Positions 1-8,457 of a DNA stretch of 25,763 nucleotides are shown here, one piece after another. The notes under the pieces were generated by a model. The model was not told the DNA's origin. It saw only the letters and a list, made by a program, of their open reading frames with translations, and did no database searches. Both the position numbers and the translations under genes were made by a program. This DNA comes from Candidatus Hodarchaeota archaeon (GTDB lineage: Archaea; Asgardarchaeota; Heimdallarchaeia; Hodarchaeales; Hodarchaeaceae), in contig JAEOTM010000083.1 in NCBI GenBank assembly GCA_016839815.1, positions 1 through 25,763 of the forward strand, in the 5' to 3' direction. The first letter of the stretch is position 1; every line of letters starts with the position of its first letter.

Positions 1-1
1 G

Positions 2-1915
2 AAAATCAGGGATAATTTCAATTTCATCTTCAGGAATATCAATAACTTCTTCATCAGACTTATCTTCAATTTCATCTATTACCGGAGGAAGAGCTAGGGG
101 TTGATCTTCATTAATGTAGAATGAATCCTCGGATCCAGTTAGTAATAATCTACCCTCGTTTCCACCTTCTTTACATGTGAGAATAAATGTTGGATCTTTT
201 TCCAACGCTAGTACATTCGACATACGAAAATGATAATAATCATTTAGTTTTGCCTGCAAAGTGAGTATATGCTCTAAGTCTTCAAGAATGGCCGTACGAT
301 TCCCTTCATTCACATTGAAACCAAAAATATTCATCAATGTTCCTTTTGGTGTCTCTAAGGCTGAAATAAAGGGCATATTCAAAGCAAAATAACGTCCGTT
401 ATGTTCAATTTCTGTGGCTGCCATGAAAGGTAATTTTAAGTTGAAATATCTAGCTTTTTTGTCGTCTGGAAGACGCCTTTCAACTTCAATAGCTTCTATT
501 GATCCAAATTTGAATAAATGAGAACCAGGCTCTTCAATTACCTTAATTCCTGGAAAATTGAATTCCTTTTTATCATGTGTTGTCTCTACTCCATATTTCC
601 ACTTAATAAGATCATAATTTTCTTGGATCCGACCGAGTCCCGCAGTATTGAATTTATTCTTGTAAACAGTCAGAGAACTAGTAAGTTCATCTTTTAAATC
701 TGGTAAGGAGGAAATAGAAGTGTTATATTTTGTGATATCCAAGTCACGCAATTTCTCTGAATTCATTCGTTTAGAAATATTATCCCATTCTTTTTTTGAA
801 AGCATAAAAGTCGCTTTCTCAACAGATTCTTTTTGAAGTCTTCCAAGTGAATCTTTTAAAGTAAAAGACAAATTTCCTAATGCTTCGAGTGTTACAATGT
901 CATCTGACATGCCCAATGGTACTAAAATTGTGTTTTTTCCAGCATTAAAATCGGAAGAACCCTTTTTGAATAGATTCATTTGCTTGTCTGTAATAAAGAC
1001 ATTTTCAGGCTCAGAAAAATCCAATTCATTTAATTGTGATCCGATTTCTTTGGTTTTTTCAAGTGATTTTTTATACATCGATTCTATAAACGGAGGTGTT
1101 TTATCATGAACTACTAGTAAAACTAAGCCAATTAAAAACATAAATGGGATAGCTTCATTCCAAAAATTGTATGTAAACTCGTGAAAAATGAATTCTAGTA
1201 TAAATAGAGTGACAGTTGCTCCAAGAAGAGAGTCACGAAAATTTACGACTGGATTTCTTTTCGAAAGAGAATTAGTTAGGGGGTTGAAAGAGAAGGGAAA
1301 TAGTGACACTAGAAGATATATCATAAGAGAATTAAGCATAAAATCTTCCCATAAAGGCCCGTACACGGGTATCGACTCAGATAGTATATCAATTGCTTTG
1401 AACAAATATAATCCTACACCCATTATCCAAAATCCCCTAGTAGCACTTTTAATGAATGCTTGGTATCCAGAAAACCCAAATTTCGTCAATAAAAATAAAC
1501 GAATACTATTGATGAAGCTGGAGATAAGAAAAACTGTTAACAAAATAAATGTTTCAAATATGAAGTAGGCCATACTGAATGGGAGCTCGAAATCCAAATC
1601 AGGAATATCCGTACTAACGAAAGCGGTAATAAAAAATGAAATTATAAATAATTTAAGGGTTGATCCCGCAAGATAAAGTTTCTGATTTTTCCATTTCTTT
1701 TCAAGATTACTTATGATCAAGAATGAAATTGTTAAAGCAAATGATCCTGCACGAAATAGCGGTTCCTGTTTAATAAACACTGATGAACCAAACCACAATG
1801 TAAGAAATAACATATAAAGACTATCCAAAGTACCTCGTGGTTGTATAAAGTCACCTATTGCTCTAGATGTATATTTACTCATATACTGCGCTGCATCAAT
1901 TCCTGGTAAAGCCAT
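2..1915 (-). CDS. Large hypothetical membrane protein, partial (runs off left edge, >=638 aa); multi-TM N-terminal half, soluble C-terminal half, acidic end
   Basis: Manual translation from ATG at 1915 (MALPGIDAAQYMSKY...) stays open to position 2. Many hydrophobic stretches in the first ~270 aa; ends ...DEIEDKSDEEVIDIPEDEIEIIPDF. Absent from the ORF track because no stop lies in the window. Confidence 0.88.
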   Translation of the reverse strand, partial: MALPGIDAAQYMSKYTSRAIGDFIQPRGTLDSLYMLFLTLWFGSSVFIKQEPLFRAGSFALTISFLIISNLEKKWKNQKLYLAGSTLKLFIISFFITAFVSTDIPDLDFELPFSMAYFIFETFILLTVFLISSFINSIRLFLLTKFGFSGYQAFIKSATRGFWIMGVGLYLFKAIDILSESIPVYGPLWEDFMLNSLMIYLLVSLFPFSFNPLTNSLSKRNPVVNFRDSLLGATVTLFILEFIFHEFTYNFWNEAIPFMFLIGLVLLVVHDKTPPFIESMYKKSLEKTKEIGSQLNELDFSEPENVFITDKQMNLFKKGSSDFNAGKNTILVPLGMSDDIVTLEALGNLSFTLKDSLGRLQKESVEKATFMLSKKEWDNISKRMNSEKLRDLDITKYNTSISSLPDLKDELTSSLTVYKNKFNTAGLGRIQENYDLIKWKYGVETTHDKKEFNFPGIKVIEEPGSHLFKFGSIEAIEVERRLPDDKKARYFNLKLPFMAATEIEHNGRYFALNMPFISALETPKGTLMNIFGFNVNEGNRTAILEDLEHILTLQAKLNDYYHFRMSNVLALEKDPTFILTCKEGGNEGRLLLTGSEDSFYINEDQPLALPPVIDEIEDKSDEEVIDIPEDEIEIIPDF

Positions 1916-2162
1916 TTTTAATTTACTATCCTTTCTAAATAAAATCCGATCAATAATTTAGGTACGTGGATGTCCTTAAGGAAACTCTATTTTGAATAAG
2001 TTCCGAAGAACCTTTTAATTATAGTTTTTGTGGTAAAAAAAATACAGAAAAATGTATGAATTTATTTAGAAAAGTCATCTTATACAGTTTTTCTTTATCA
2101 TATTCTCGGAATTAACATCTGTTAAGTTAGTCTATTATCTATAATAACTATAATATAATGTC

Positions 2163-2176
2163 GAAAGGTTTTTAAC
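2163..2176 (+). promoter_or_regulatory. Putative BRE/TATA core promoter of the dsrE-tusA-hdrA/qmo block
   Basis: GAAAGG-TTTTTAAC about 120 nt upstream of dsrE; near-identical GAAGG-TTTTTAAT upstream of tusA2 (8431-8443). Confidence 0.5.
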
Positions 2177-2204
2177 TCAATGTAAATAACCCAAGGTTGA
2201 CTAC
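2168..2204 (+). promoter_or_regulatory. Triple SurR-box-like operator array
   Basis: GTTtttAAC-tcaat-GTAaatAAC-ccaag-GTTgacTAC: three GTT-n3-AAC-like units with 5-nt spacers. Confidence 0.7.
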
Positions 2205-2294
2205 CAGCTTTACAAATCCTCGAGGTTCATTTTCTTTATGAATTAGATGGCCAATGATTCTCGAAGTAGTTAAAGTACAGAATGAGTTGATAAA

Positions 2295-2717
2295 ATGGAA
2301 GAAGAAACTGAAAAAATCACCATTGTAGTTTTTTCAGGCGCAGTTGACAGATTGGTTGGGATGTCAATCCTAACAAACGCTGCTATTGCAATGGACTATG
2401 CAGTAGACATTTTCTTAATGTTTTGGGGTACATATGCTTTCAAGAAAGACGTGTTACTTACAAATAACACACTGAGTGAACACTTGGACTTTACTGGAGA
2501 AAAATTTATTGATGCATTAAAGACTGGTGGTATCTCCCCTTGGTATGAAATGCTAAAGCAAGCAAAAGAATATGGAAATGTGAATGTATATGTCTGTTCT
2601 GCCTGCGGTAAAGCATGGCAGGCTAAACTGGAAGACTTAGAATTTGTTGATGATTTTGTAGGTGCTGGTGAAATAGTGTATACCAGTACACAATCAAAAG
2701 CAACCTATTTTATCTAA
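2295..2717 (+). CDS. dsrE: DsrE/DsrF-like (DsrE2-type) sulfurtransferase
   Basis: IVVFSG..D, IFLMFWG, VYVCSAC (active-site Cys region), VGAG and terminal TYFI are typical of the DsrE2/DrsE-like family; next to tusA. Confidence 0.85.
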   Translation: MEEETEKITIVVFSGAVDRLVGMSILTNAAIAMDYAVDIFLMFWGTYAFKKDVLLTNNTLSEHLDFTGEKFIDALKTGGISPWYEMLKQAKEYGNVNVYVCSACGKAWQAKLEDLEFVDDFVGAGEIVYTSTQSKATYFI

Positions 2718-2739
2718 AAAACGAAATGAGGTGCTAATT

Positions 2740-2991
2740 ATGGCTGAAGATTTAGTAAATATGAAATCAGATCATCTGGTTGATGCCCGTGCGGAAAGTT
2801 GTCCTGGTCCTTTACTAGCGGCAAAAAAAGCAATGACGAAAGTCCCTATGGATGGTATTCTCGAAGTTTGGTCTGCGGATGCAGGTACAAAACGTGATAT
2901 TCCTCTATGGTGTAAAAAGATCGGTCATGAATACCTAGGTGACGTTGAAGACAAGGGTTATTTTAAAATTTTCGTAAAACGTAAAAGGTAA
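2740..2991 (+). CDS. tusA: TusA/SirA-family sulfur carrier (copy 1)
   Basis: VDARAESCPGP (D-x5-CPxP), D.GT..DIP.W, about 83 aa; GAGGTG SD-like sequence precedes ATG 2740. Confidence 0.93.
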   Translation: MAEDLVNMKSDHLVDARAESCPGPLLAAKKAMTKVPMDGILEVWSADAGTKRDIPLWCKKIGHEYLGDVEDKGYFKIFVKRKR

Positions 2992-3005
2992 GTCTATTTG
3001 TTTAT

Positions 3006-3037
3006 AGAGACGGGTCCAAAACCCTTTTCTCTTTTTT
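3006..3037 (+). terminator. Putative hairpin plus T-tract terminator/attenuator after tusA1
   Basis: AGAGA-c-GGGT ccaaa ACCC-ttt-TCTCT running into T6. Confidence 0.5.
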
Positions 3038-3104
3038 AACTAACAGTGTACAAAACTTGACCTACTATACTAAAAAAATTCGTTATCGGTTTAAAGTGAT
3101 TTGA

Positions 3105-3512
3105 ATGACTCGAAAAAGTGAAGATCAACCAAAAATACTTATTTTTACTACAAATTTAATTTCTGATCCTGCAGTAGATCAAACCGGGCTACTTCATAAA
3201 CATTATACAGCATCTACTTCTCTAATTCGTGTTCCATGTTCTAGCATGGTTAGAGCTGATTTTGTATTACTTGCCCTCCAAAGTGGTTTTGATGGGGTTT
3301 TTATTACTGCTGATGGTGGCGATTGTCCATTTACTGAGAAATGTCCAGAAAAAACCTCTGATAGAATCCAAGAAGCAGTCGAGCTTCTTGAGAGTAATAA
3401 CATTGACGTTAATAGGTTGAAAATGGCCGCAATCTGTTCTGTATGTGTTGAACCATTTTTAAATCATGTTAAAACCTTTTCTGAAAAATTGAAAGGATTA
3501 AATGCATCTTAA
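3105..3512 (+). CDS. mvhD: MvhD/FlpD-family iron-sulfur protein, atypical cysteine pattern
   Basis: PKILIF, IRVPCS, GFDGV and RL motifs align with the canonical MvhD at 18300-18743, but the N-terminal CxxC is absent. Confidence 0.8.
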   Translation: MTRKSEDQPKILIFTTNLISDPAVDQTGLLHKHYTASTSLIRVPCSSMVRADFVLLALQSGFDGVFITADGGDCPFTEKCPEKTSDRIQEAVELLESNNIDVNRLKMAAICSVCVEPFLNHVKTFSEKLKGLNAS

Positions 3513-3529
3513 TAAAGGTAGGTTTGACT

Positions 3530-4831
3530 ATGAGTAAAGATTATGATGAATATGATACTTTGATAATAGGCGCTGGAATAGCAGGGATAGAAGCGGCGCT
3601 TACTTTAGGAGATTCAGGTCGAAATGTCCTACTCGTTGAAGAATCCCCTACAGTTGGAGGTAAAATGGCGCAATTAAGTAAGGTTTTTCCTACCCTTGAT
3701 TGCAGTGCATGTATTGCCACCCCAAAAATGGCTAGTGTTGTATATCACCCCAATGTGACCTTATTATCTTATTCTTCAATAGATGAAGTTATAAAACAGG
3801 ACGAAGCGGATTTTAGAGCAAAAATCACTATGAAACCAAAATATGTGGAATGGGATGATTGTACTGGTTGTTCACTGTGCGAGATGGCTTGTCCAGTTAT
3901 CGTAAGCGATGAATATCAGTATCATATGAGAGGAAGGAAGGCTGTGTATATTGCATTTGATATTGCTGTCCCTAAAAAATCTGTGGTTGATATTGAGAAT
4001 TGCATATTTTGTGGTGCATGTGAAAAAGCCTGCCCTACCAGTGCAATCAATTTCCTTCAGAAAGCTGTTACTAAAAAAGTTCGAGTAAAATCTGTTCTAC
4101 TCACCACAGGATTTGAATTGTTTGATGCTACGCTGAAACCCGATTTTGGGTATGGTCAAAGTAAGAATATAATAACCGCAATGCAAATGGATCGGTTATT
4201 AGCCCCAACTAGACCATATAATACTGTTCAACGTCCCTCTGACGGAAAAGAACCGGGAAAAATAGCTTATTTGTATTGTGTAGGCAGTCGTGATAAAACT
4301 GTGGGGAACGAGCTCTGTTCTCAAATCTGTTGTATGTATTCAATTAAACAATCCCAATTAATCCTTGGAGCCTTACCACTAGCTGATGTATTTTCATTTT
4401 ATATAGACATCCGAGCCCAAGGTAAAGGTTTTGAGGAATTTTATCAACAAGCAAAGGATATGGGTGCTTTCTTCATCAAAGGACGAATTATGTACGTAGA
4501 TGAAGAAGAAAATGGAGATGTCCTAGTAAAATATGAAGATATTGATGATGGAGGGAAAATAAAGGAAGAAGCTTTTGATTTAGTTGTTTTAGCTGTTGGT
4601 CTTTGGCCATCAATAGCTGGCATTGCTAATGTGTTCAAGAATGTTCAACTGGAAACTGATGAAATAGGGTGGGTTGAATGCCCGTTGTGTAACCCTGTTG
4701 AAACAAATGTTCCAGGAATTTTCGCAGCAGGATGTGTGACTGGTCCTAAAGATATTCCTGATACAATTGTAGAAGCAAACGCAGCTGTTTCGCAATGTTT
4801 AGCTTATATTGAAACACACAATGGAGAGTAA
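3530..4831 (+). CDS. hdrA: HdrA-like flavoprotein, core module with inserted 2x[4Fe-4S] (QmoA-like position)
   Basis: GAGIAG FAD motif, KVFPTLDCSAC, CTGCSLCEMACP and CIFCGACEKACP, CVGSRD...CSQICC, AGCVTGPKDI; lacks the HdrA N-terminal domain and C-terminal ferredoxin. Confidence 0.9.
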   Translation: MSKDYDEYDTLIIGAGIAGIEAALTLGDSGRNVLLVEESPTVGGKMAQLSKVFPTLDCSACIATPKMASVVYHPNVTLLSYSSIDEVIKQDEADFRAKITMKPKYVEWDDCTGCSLCEMACPVIVSDEYQYHMRGRKAVYIAFDIAVPKKSVVDIENCIFCGACEKACPTSAINFLQKAVTKKVRVKSVLLTTGFELFDATLKPDFGYGQSKNIITAMQMDRLLAPTRPYNTVQRPSDGKEPGKIAYLYCVGSRDKTVGNELCSQICCMYSIKQSQLILGALPLADVFSFYIDIRAQGKGFEEFYQQAKDMGAFFIKGRIMYVDEEENGDVLVKYEDIDDGGKIKEEAFDLVVLAVGLWPSIAGIANVFKNVQLETDEIGWVECPLCNPVETNVPGIFAAGCVTGPKDIPDTIVEANAAVSQCLAYIETHNGE

Positions 4832-4836
4832 AAGAA

Positions 4837-6573
4837 ATGTCAAAAGAATCAAAAAAACGTATAGGAGTCTATGTTTGTCATTGTGGTGGAAATATTTCAG
4901 ATGTTGTAGATGTTAAAACTGTTGCTGAAGAAGCAGAAAAACATCCAAATGTTGCTCTTGGAAAAGAATTCATGTTTATGTGTTCTGATGCTGGCCAACA
5001 AATGATTGTTGATGATATTAAAGAGCAAAACCTTGACGGACTTGTAGTAGCATCATGTTCCCCTAAATTACATGAAATAACGTTTATGAATGTTGCTGAA
5101 AGAGCAGGCCTAAATCCTTACGAATTTTATCATGTAAATATCAGGGAAGATGCATCATGGCCTCATTCTGATGATCCTAAAGGAGCAACCGAAAAAGCAA
5201 TTCGTATGGTTAATGCTGGCATTGAATATGTTAAACTAACTTCTCCACTAGCAAAAATTCAGGTTAATACTACTAAAAGAGTTTTAATAATTGGCTGCGG
5301 AATTGCAGGTGTAAGAGCAGCAGTAGATTTAGCTAGAATGAATATAGATGTTGTTTTAGTAGAAAAAGAAGATGTACTCGGAGGATATACCCCTAATATC
5401 TATAAAACTTATCCTGAGGGTAAAACAGGGGTAGAAATTCGAGATGAAATGGTTGATCAATTGAACGAATCTGAAGACAAAATCGAACTCTATACTAATT
5501 CTGAGGTTTCTGGTGTATCCGGTTATATCGGAAATTTTGTTGTACAAATCAAGAATAAAAATTCGGGGCAGGAAATACAAAAATCGATAGGAATCATAAT
5601 TGTTTCAACTGGTTTTAAATCTTATATTCCTAAAGATGGAGAATATGAATATAATAGCCATAAAAATGTTATTACGTTACCTGATTTTATGAAGCTTCTA
5701 AACAAGCATGAAAATACCGAGGAACTCTTCATAAATGGCCAAAACATCAATAAAATCGGATTCATTTATTGTGTTGGTTCAAGACAGCAAAATGTTGGAG
5801 GGGATGAACCAGTTAATGAGTATTGCTCACGATTTTGTTGTAATGCTACAATATTTCTTACAACAGAACTTCAGAAAAGATTTCCGAAACTCTATAGTTA
5901 CCATTTTTACCAAGATATCCGAACATATGGTAAAAACGAAGCTCATTATCTAACAGCTAGAGAAAATGGTGCAGTATTCCTTAAATATGATCCATATACA
6001 CCAGTAGAGGTTGATACAACGAGCGAAGGCATTAATGTTACCATCATGGATATACTTACTGAAAAGGAAAAGATCACTGTTCCTCTTGACCTACTCGTGC
6101 TCGTTACTGGAATGGAAGCAAGAGAGAATAAAAAATTAGAGGAATTAATAAAAATCTCTCCTGGTCTCGATCGGTTTTACAAAGAATCTCACCCTAAACT
6201 TAAACCAGTAGAAACAGGAAGAATGGGAATTCTTCTTGGTGGAACATCCCAAGCCCCTAGGGATATTTCCGAGACGTTAGCTTCTGCTTCTGCCGCAGCA
6301 GCAAAAGCTGCGAGTTTTGTGTTAAAGGGGGAATTAATGTTAGAACCTGCAGTTGCAACTGTTGATCCTAATATCTGTGAGAATCATCAGAAGTGTATAC
6401 CTGAATGTCCCACGAATGCTATCGAAACCCAAGATGAAAAAGCTGTTGTTAATGAAGCATTATGTATAGGATGTGCAATTTGTACAGCTGTATGTCCAAC
6501 AGAGGCTATTCAGATAAAAACTCTTACGACAACTCAGATCAGGGAAATGATTAAATCTATGGCGAAATCATAA
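4837..6573 (+). CDS. hdrA: HdrA-like flavoprotein with N-terminal FeS domain and C-terminal ferredoxin (QmoB-like, no fused MvhD)
   Basis: VYVCHCG...MCS...SCSP, GCGIAG, CVGSR...CSRFCC, HPKLKPVET, C-terminal CENHQKCIPECP and CIGCAICTAVCP. Confidence 0.9.
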   Translation: MSKESKKRIGVYVCHCGGNISDVVDVKTVAEEAEKHPNVALGKEFMFMCSDAGQQMIVDDIKEQNLDGLVVASCSPKLHEITFMNVAERAGLNPYEFYHVNIREDASWPHSDDPKGATEKAIRMVNAGIEYVKLTSPLAKIQVNTTKRVLIIGCGIAGVRAAVDLARMNIDVVLVEKEDVLGGYTPNIYKTYPEGKTGVEIRDEMVDQLNESEDKIELYTNSEVSGVSGYIGNFVVQIKNKNSGQEIQKSIGIIIVSTGFKSYIPKDGEYEYNSHKNVITLPDFMKLLNKHENTEELFINGQNINKIGFIYCVGSRQQNVGGDEPVNEYCSRFCCNATIFLTTELQKRFPKLYSYHFYQDIRTYGKNEAHYLTARENGAVFLKYDPYTPVEVDTTSEGINVTIMDILTEKEKITVPLDLLVLVTGMEARENKKLEELIKISPGLDRFYKESHPKLKPVETGRMGILLGGTSQAPRDISETLASASAAAAKAASFVLKGELMLEPAVATVDPNICENHQKCIPECPTNAIETQDEKAVVNEALCIGCAICTAVCPTEAIQIKTLTTTQIREMIKSMAKS

Positions 6574-6590
6574 CTGAAGGTGTTCTTAAG

Positions 6591-6899
6591 ATGAGTCAAG
6601 AAAGTAATGAAAAATCGAGAGAGAAAAAGAAAACACTAACGGTTAGAGAATACAAAAAACAAACTGGTGCAACCATTAGTGAAGAACTAAAGGAACGAAA
6701 TAAAAAGAATAACAAAACCCGAAAAGCTATTTTTAAAGCAATGGAGGACGGACCAAAAACTGTTCCTGAAATTTCACTTGAATCTGGAATCCCTTCCCAT
6801 GAAGTCTTGTGGCATGTGGCAACTAGCTTGCGTTATCGGTTGGTTGAACCAGTAGAAAAAACTGATGAGGACTACTGGAAGTATAAACTAAGTAAATAG
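6591..6899 (+). CDS. Small winged-helix (wHTH) protein with basic N-terminus
   Basis: RKAIFKAMEDGPKTVPEIS..SGIPSHEVLWHV...LVE...YWKY matches a wHTH pattern; tightly spaced within the operon. Confidence 0.7.
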   Translation: MSQESNEKSREKKKTLTVREYKKQTGATISEELKERNKKNNKTRKAIFKAMEDGPKTVPEISLESGIPSHEVLWHVATSLRYRLVEPVEKTDEDYWKYKLSK

Positions 6900-6907
6900 G
6901 TGAATTA

Positions 6908-8053
6908 GTGATGGTTGTTGCAGATCAGAGTATTACTGTTAATACAGAAGTTTTTGAGAATATTAAAAAGATGGGAGCTTTTGATGTCTCTGCTTGCATG
7001 AACTGTGGTATGTGTACTGTTTCATGTCCACTATCAGTTTCTGGAAACGAATTTCCTCGAAAATTAATAAGATATGCAGTTCTAGGATTGGATGAGAAGC
7101 TAGTTTCACATCCAGAACCGTGGTTGTGCTATTATTGTGGGGATTGTTCCGAACAATGCCCAAGTGAAGCTGAACCGGGAGAATTTATGATGGCAACCCG
7201 ACGGTATTTGACCTCAAGATATGATTGGACTGGTTTGTCAAAGAAATTTTACCTTTCAGAAAAATGGGAAATTGGAGCTCTTATTGGATTAGCACTCCTA
7301 TTCTTAGGTATTTTTATTGTCGCAAATCTTACAGGAATTAGTAAAATGCAGGGAGATAATGTATCGATTGATACTTTCGCCCCGATTGATTGGATCCATC
7401 TTGGTGATCTCATTCTAGGCGGGACGTTGGCTATTTTTTTACTTTCCAATGCTTTTAGAATGTTTTATTACATCATACTGAATGATAAAAGTGTTAAAGT
7501 ACCAATTAAGCTTTATTTCACAGAGATAAAGGCATATATTGTAGCTGGATTCAGTCTTGTTGCTCAATATCGATGGTTATCGTGTGATAATAGATGGCGA
7601 TGGTTAAAACATTTATTCCTCATGACTGGTTATATCACAATTTTCACTCTTGTTGTTGTATTTATTGATATATTTCAAGTAGATGATACAAGTTGGAACA
7701 TAACCTCACTTTTAGGGTACTATGGTACAGTCGCATTATTGTTCGTAACTCTTGAAGCAATGTGGAGCCGATACAAAAAGAAAGAACAGATGCATAAATT
7801 TTCCCACCCAACAGATTGGTTATTTTTAATACTTCTATTTTTAACTGCAACAACAGGTATTCTTTTGCATTTATTCCGTCTTATGAACTTTGCATATCCG
7901 AGTTATTATATTTACGTTATTCATATCATGATTGCGGGACCCATGTTAATAATAGAAGTCCCATTCGGCAAATGGTCACATATGCTTTATCGGCCACTCG
8001 CAGTTTATTTAGCAACAGTAAAGGAAAAAGCTATCAGTATAGCAGGATCATAA
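6908..8053 (+). CDS. qmoC: QmoC-like subunit: HdrC-like 2x[4Fe-4S] domain fused to a NarI/HdrE-like cytochrome-b membrane domain
   Basis: CMNCGMCTVSCP, FPRKLIRY, WLCYYCGDCSEQCP; about 6 hydrophobic segments with histidines (KHLF, LLHL, VIHI, PFGKWSHMLYRP). Confidence 0.85.
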   Translation: MMVVADQSITVNTEVFENIKKMGAFDVSACMNCGMCTVSCPLSVSGNEFPRKLIRYAVLGLDEKLVSHPEPWLCYYCGDCSEQCPSEAEPGEFMMATRRYLTSRYDWTGLSKKFYLSEKWEIGALIGLALLFLGIFIVANLTGISKMQGDNVSIDTFAPIDWIHLGDLILGGTLAIFLLSNAFRMFYYIILNDKSVKVPIKLYFTEIKAYIVAGFSLVAQYRWLSCDNRWRWLKHLFLMTGYITIFTLVVVFIDIFQVDDTSWNITSLLGYYGTVALLFVTLEAMWSRYKKKEQMHKFSHPTDWLFLILLFLTATTGILLHLFRLMNFAYPSYYIYVIHIMIAGPMLIIEVPFGKWSHMLYRPLAVYLATVKEKAISIAGS

Positions 8054-8060
8054 GATGTGA

Positions 8061-8297
8061 AAACTAGTGAATTTAGAGTGGTAACTAGTTTAAAAGCAAG
8101 AAAACCTGAAAGAAGCGTGAGTAATCTAATAAATTCATCGAACTACTAATACTTAACAAATTCTAATAGAATTTAAATCAATGTTATTAGATTCTTTCAC
8201 TCTTTTACAATAATTTTCATTCTTGTCCCCCTCTTGGGGTAAATAGTATTTTACGTTTGAACTTCACTATAGATTCACTATAGTTTACTTAGGGGGA
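8061..8297. repeat. Cluster of inverted repeats and a short direct repeat in a 570-bp intergenic region
   Basis: AAACTAGT/ACTAGTTT (8061/8084); AATCTAATAA/TTATTAGATT (8123/8184); AAATTCTA-A-TAGAATTT (8158-8174); TCCCCCT/AGGGGGA (8226/8291); TTCACTATAG x2 (8263, 8274). Confidence 0.55.
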
Positions 8298-8430
8298 AAT
8301 ATCGCGTAACATCAATATTGAGTATTGATGATCATAAGAGGACTTTTGCACTTGCAGATAGAAATTAAATTATGAAGCTAATATAATATAAAAGATAAGA
8401 GAAACGCATTTTTGGTGAAATGATGCGACA

Positions 8431-8444
8431 GAAGGTTTTTAATT
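8431..8444 (+). promoter_or_regulatory. Putative BRE/TATA promoter of tusA2-yedE
   Basis: GAAGG-TTTTTAATT, similar to 2163-2176. Confidence 0.5.
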
Positions 8445-8457
8445 AAATAGCTTTATT

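Noticed and set aside
897-1568. Plus-strand ORFs 897-1109 and 1188-1568
   Set aside because: Antisense shadows of the long minus-strand ORF 1915->2.
2295-8053. Calling the block sHdr (sulfur-oxidising Hdr) or a canonical sulfate-reduction qmoABC
   Set aside because: No sHdrB/C or LbpA; no aprAB in the window; MvhD is separate and atypical, and the A-like subunit keeps an inserted ferredoxin.
8263-8283. TTCACTATAG tandem as CRISPR or iteron
   Set aside because: Only two 10-bp copies with a 1-nt spacer.
8054-8300. SECIS element or selenocysteine recoding in Hdr/Mvh genes
   Set aside because: All expected ligand positions are Cys, no in-frame TGA interrupts these genes, and I saw no convincing SECIS core in the hairpins.
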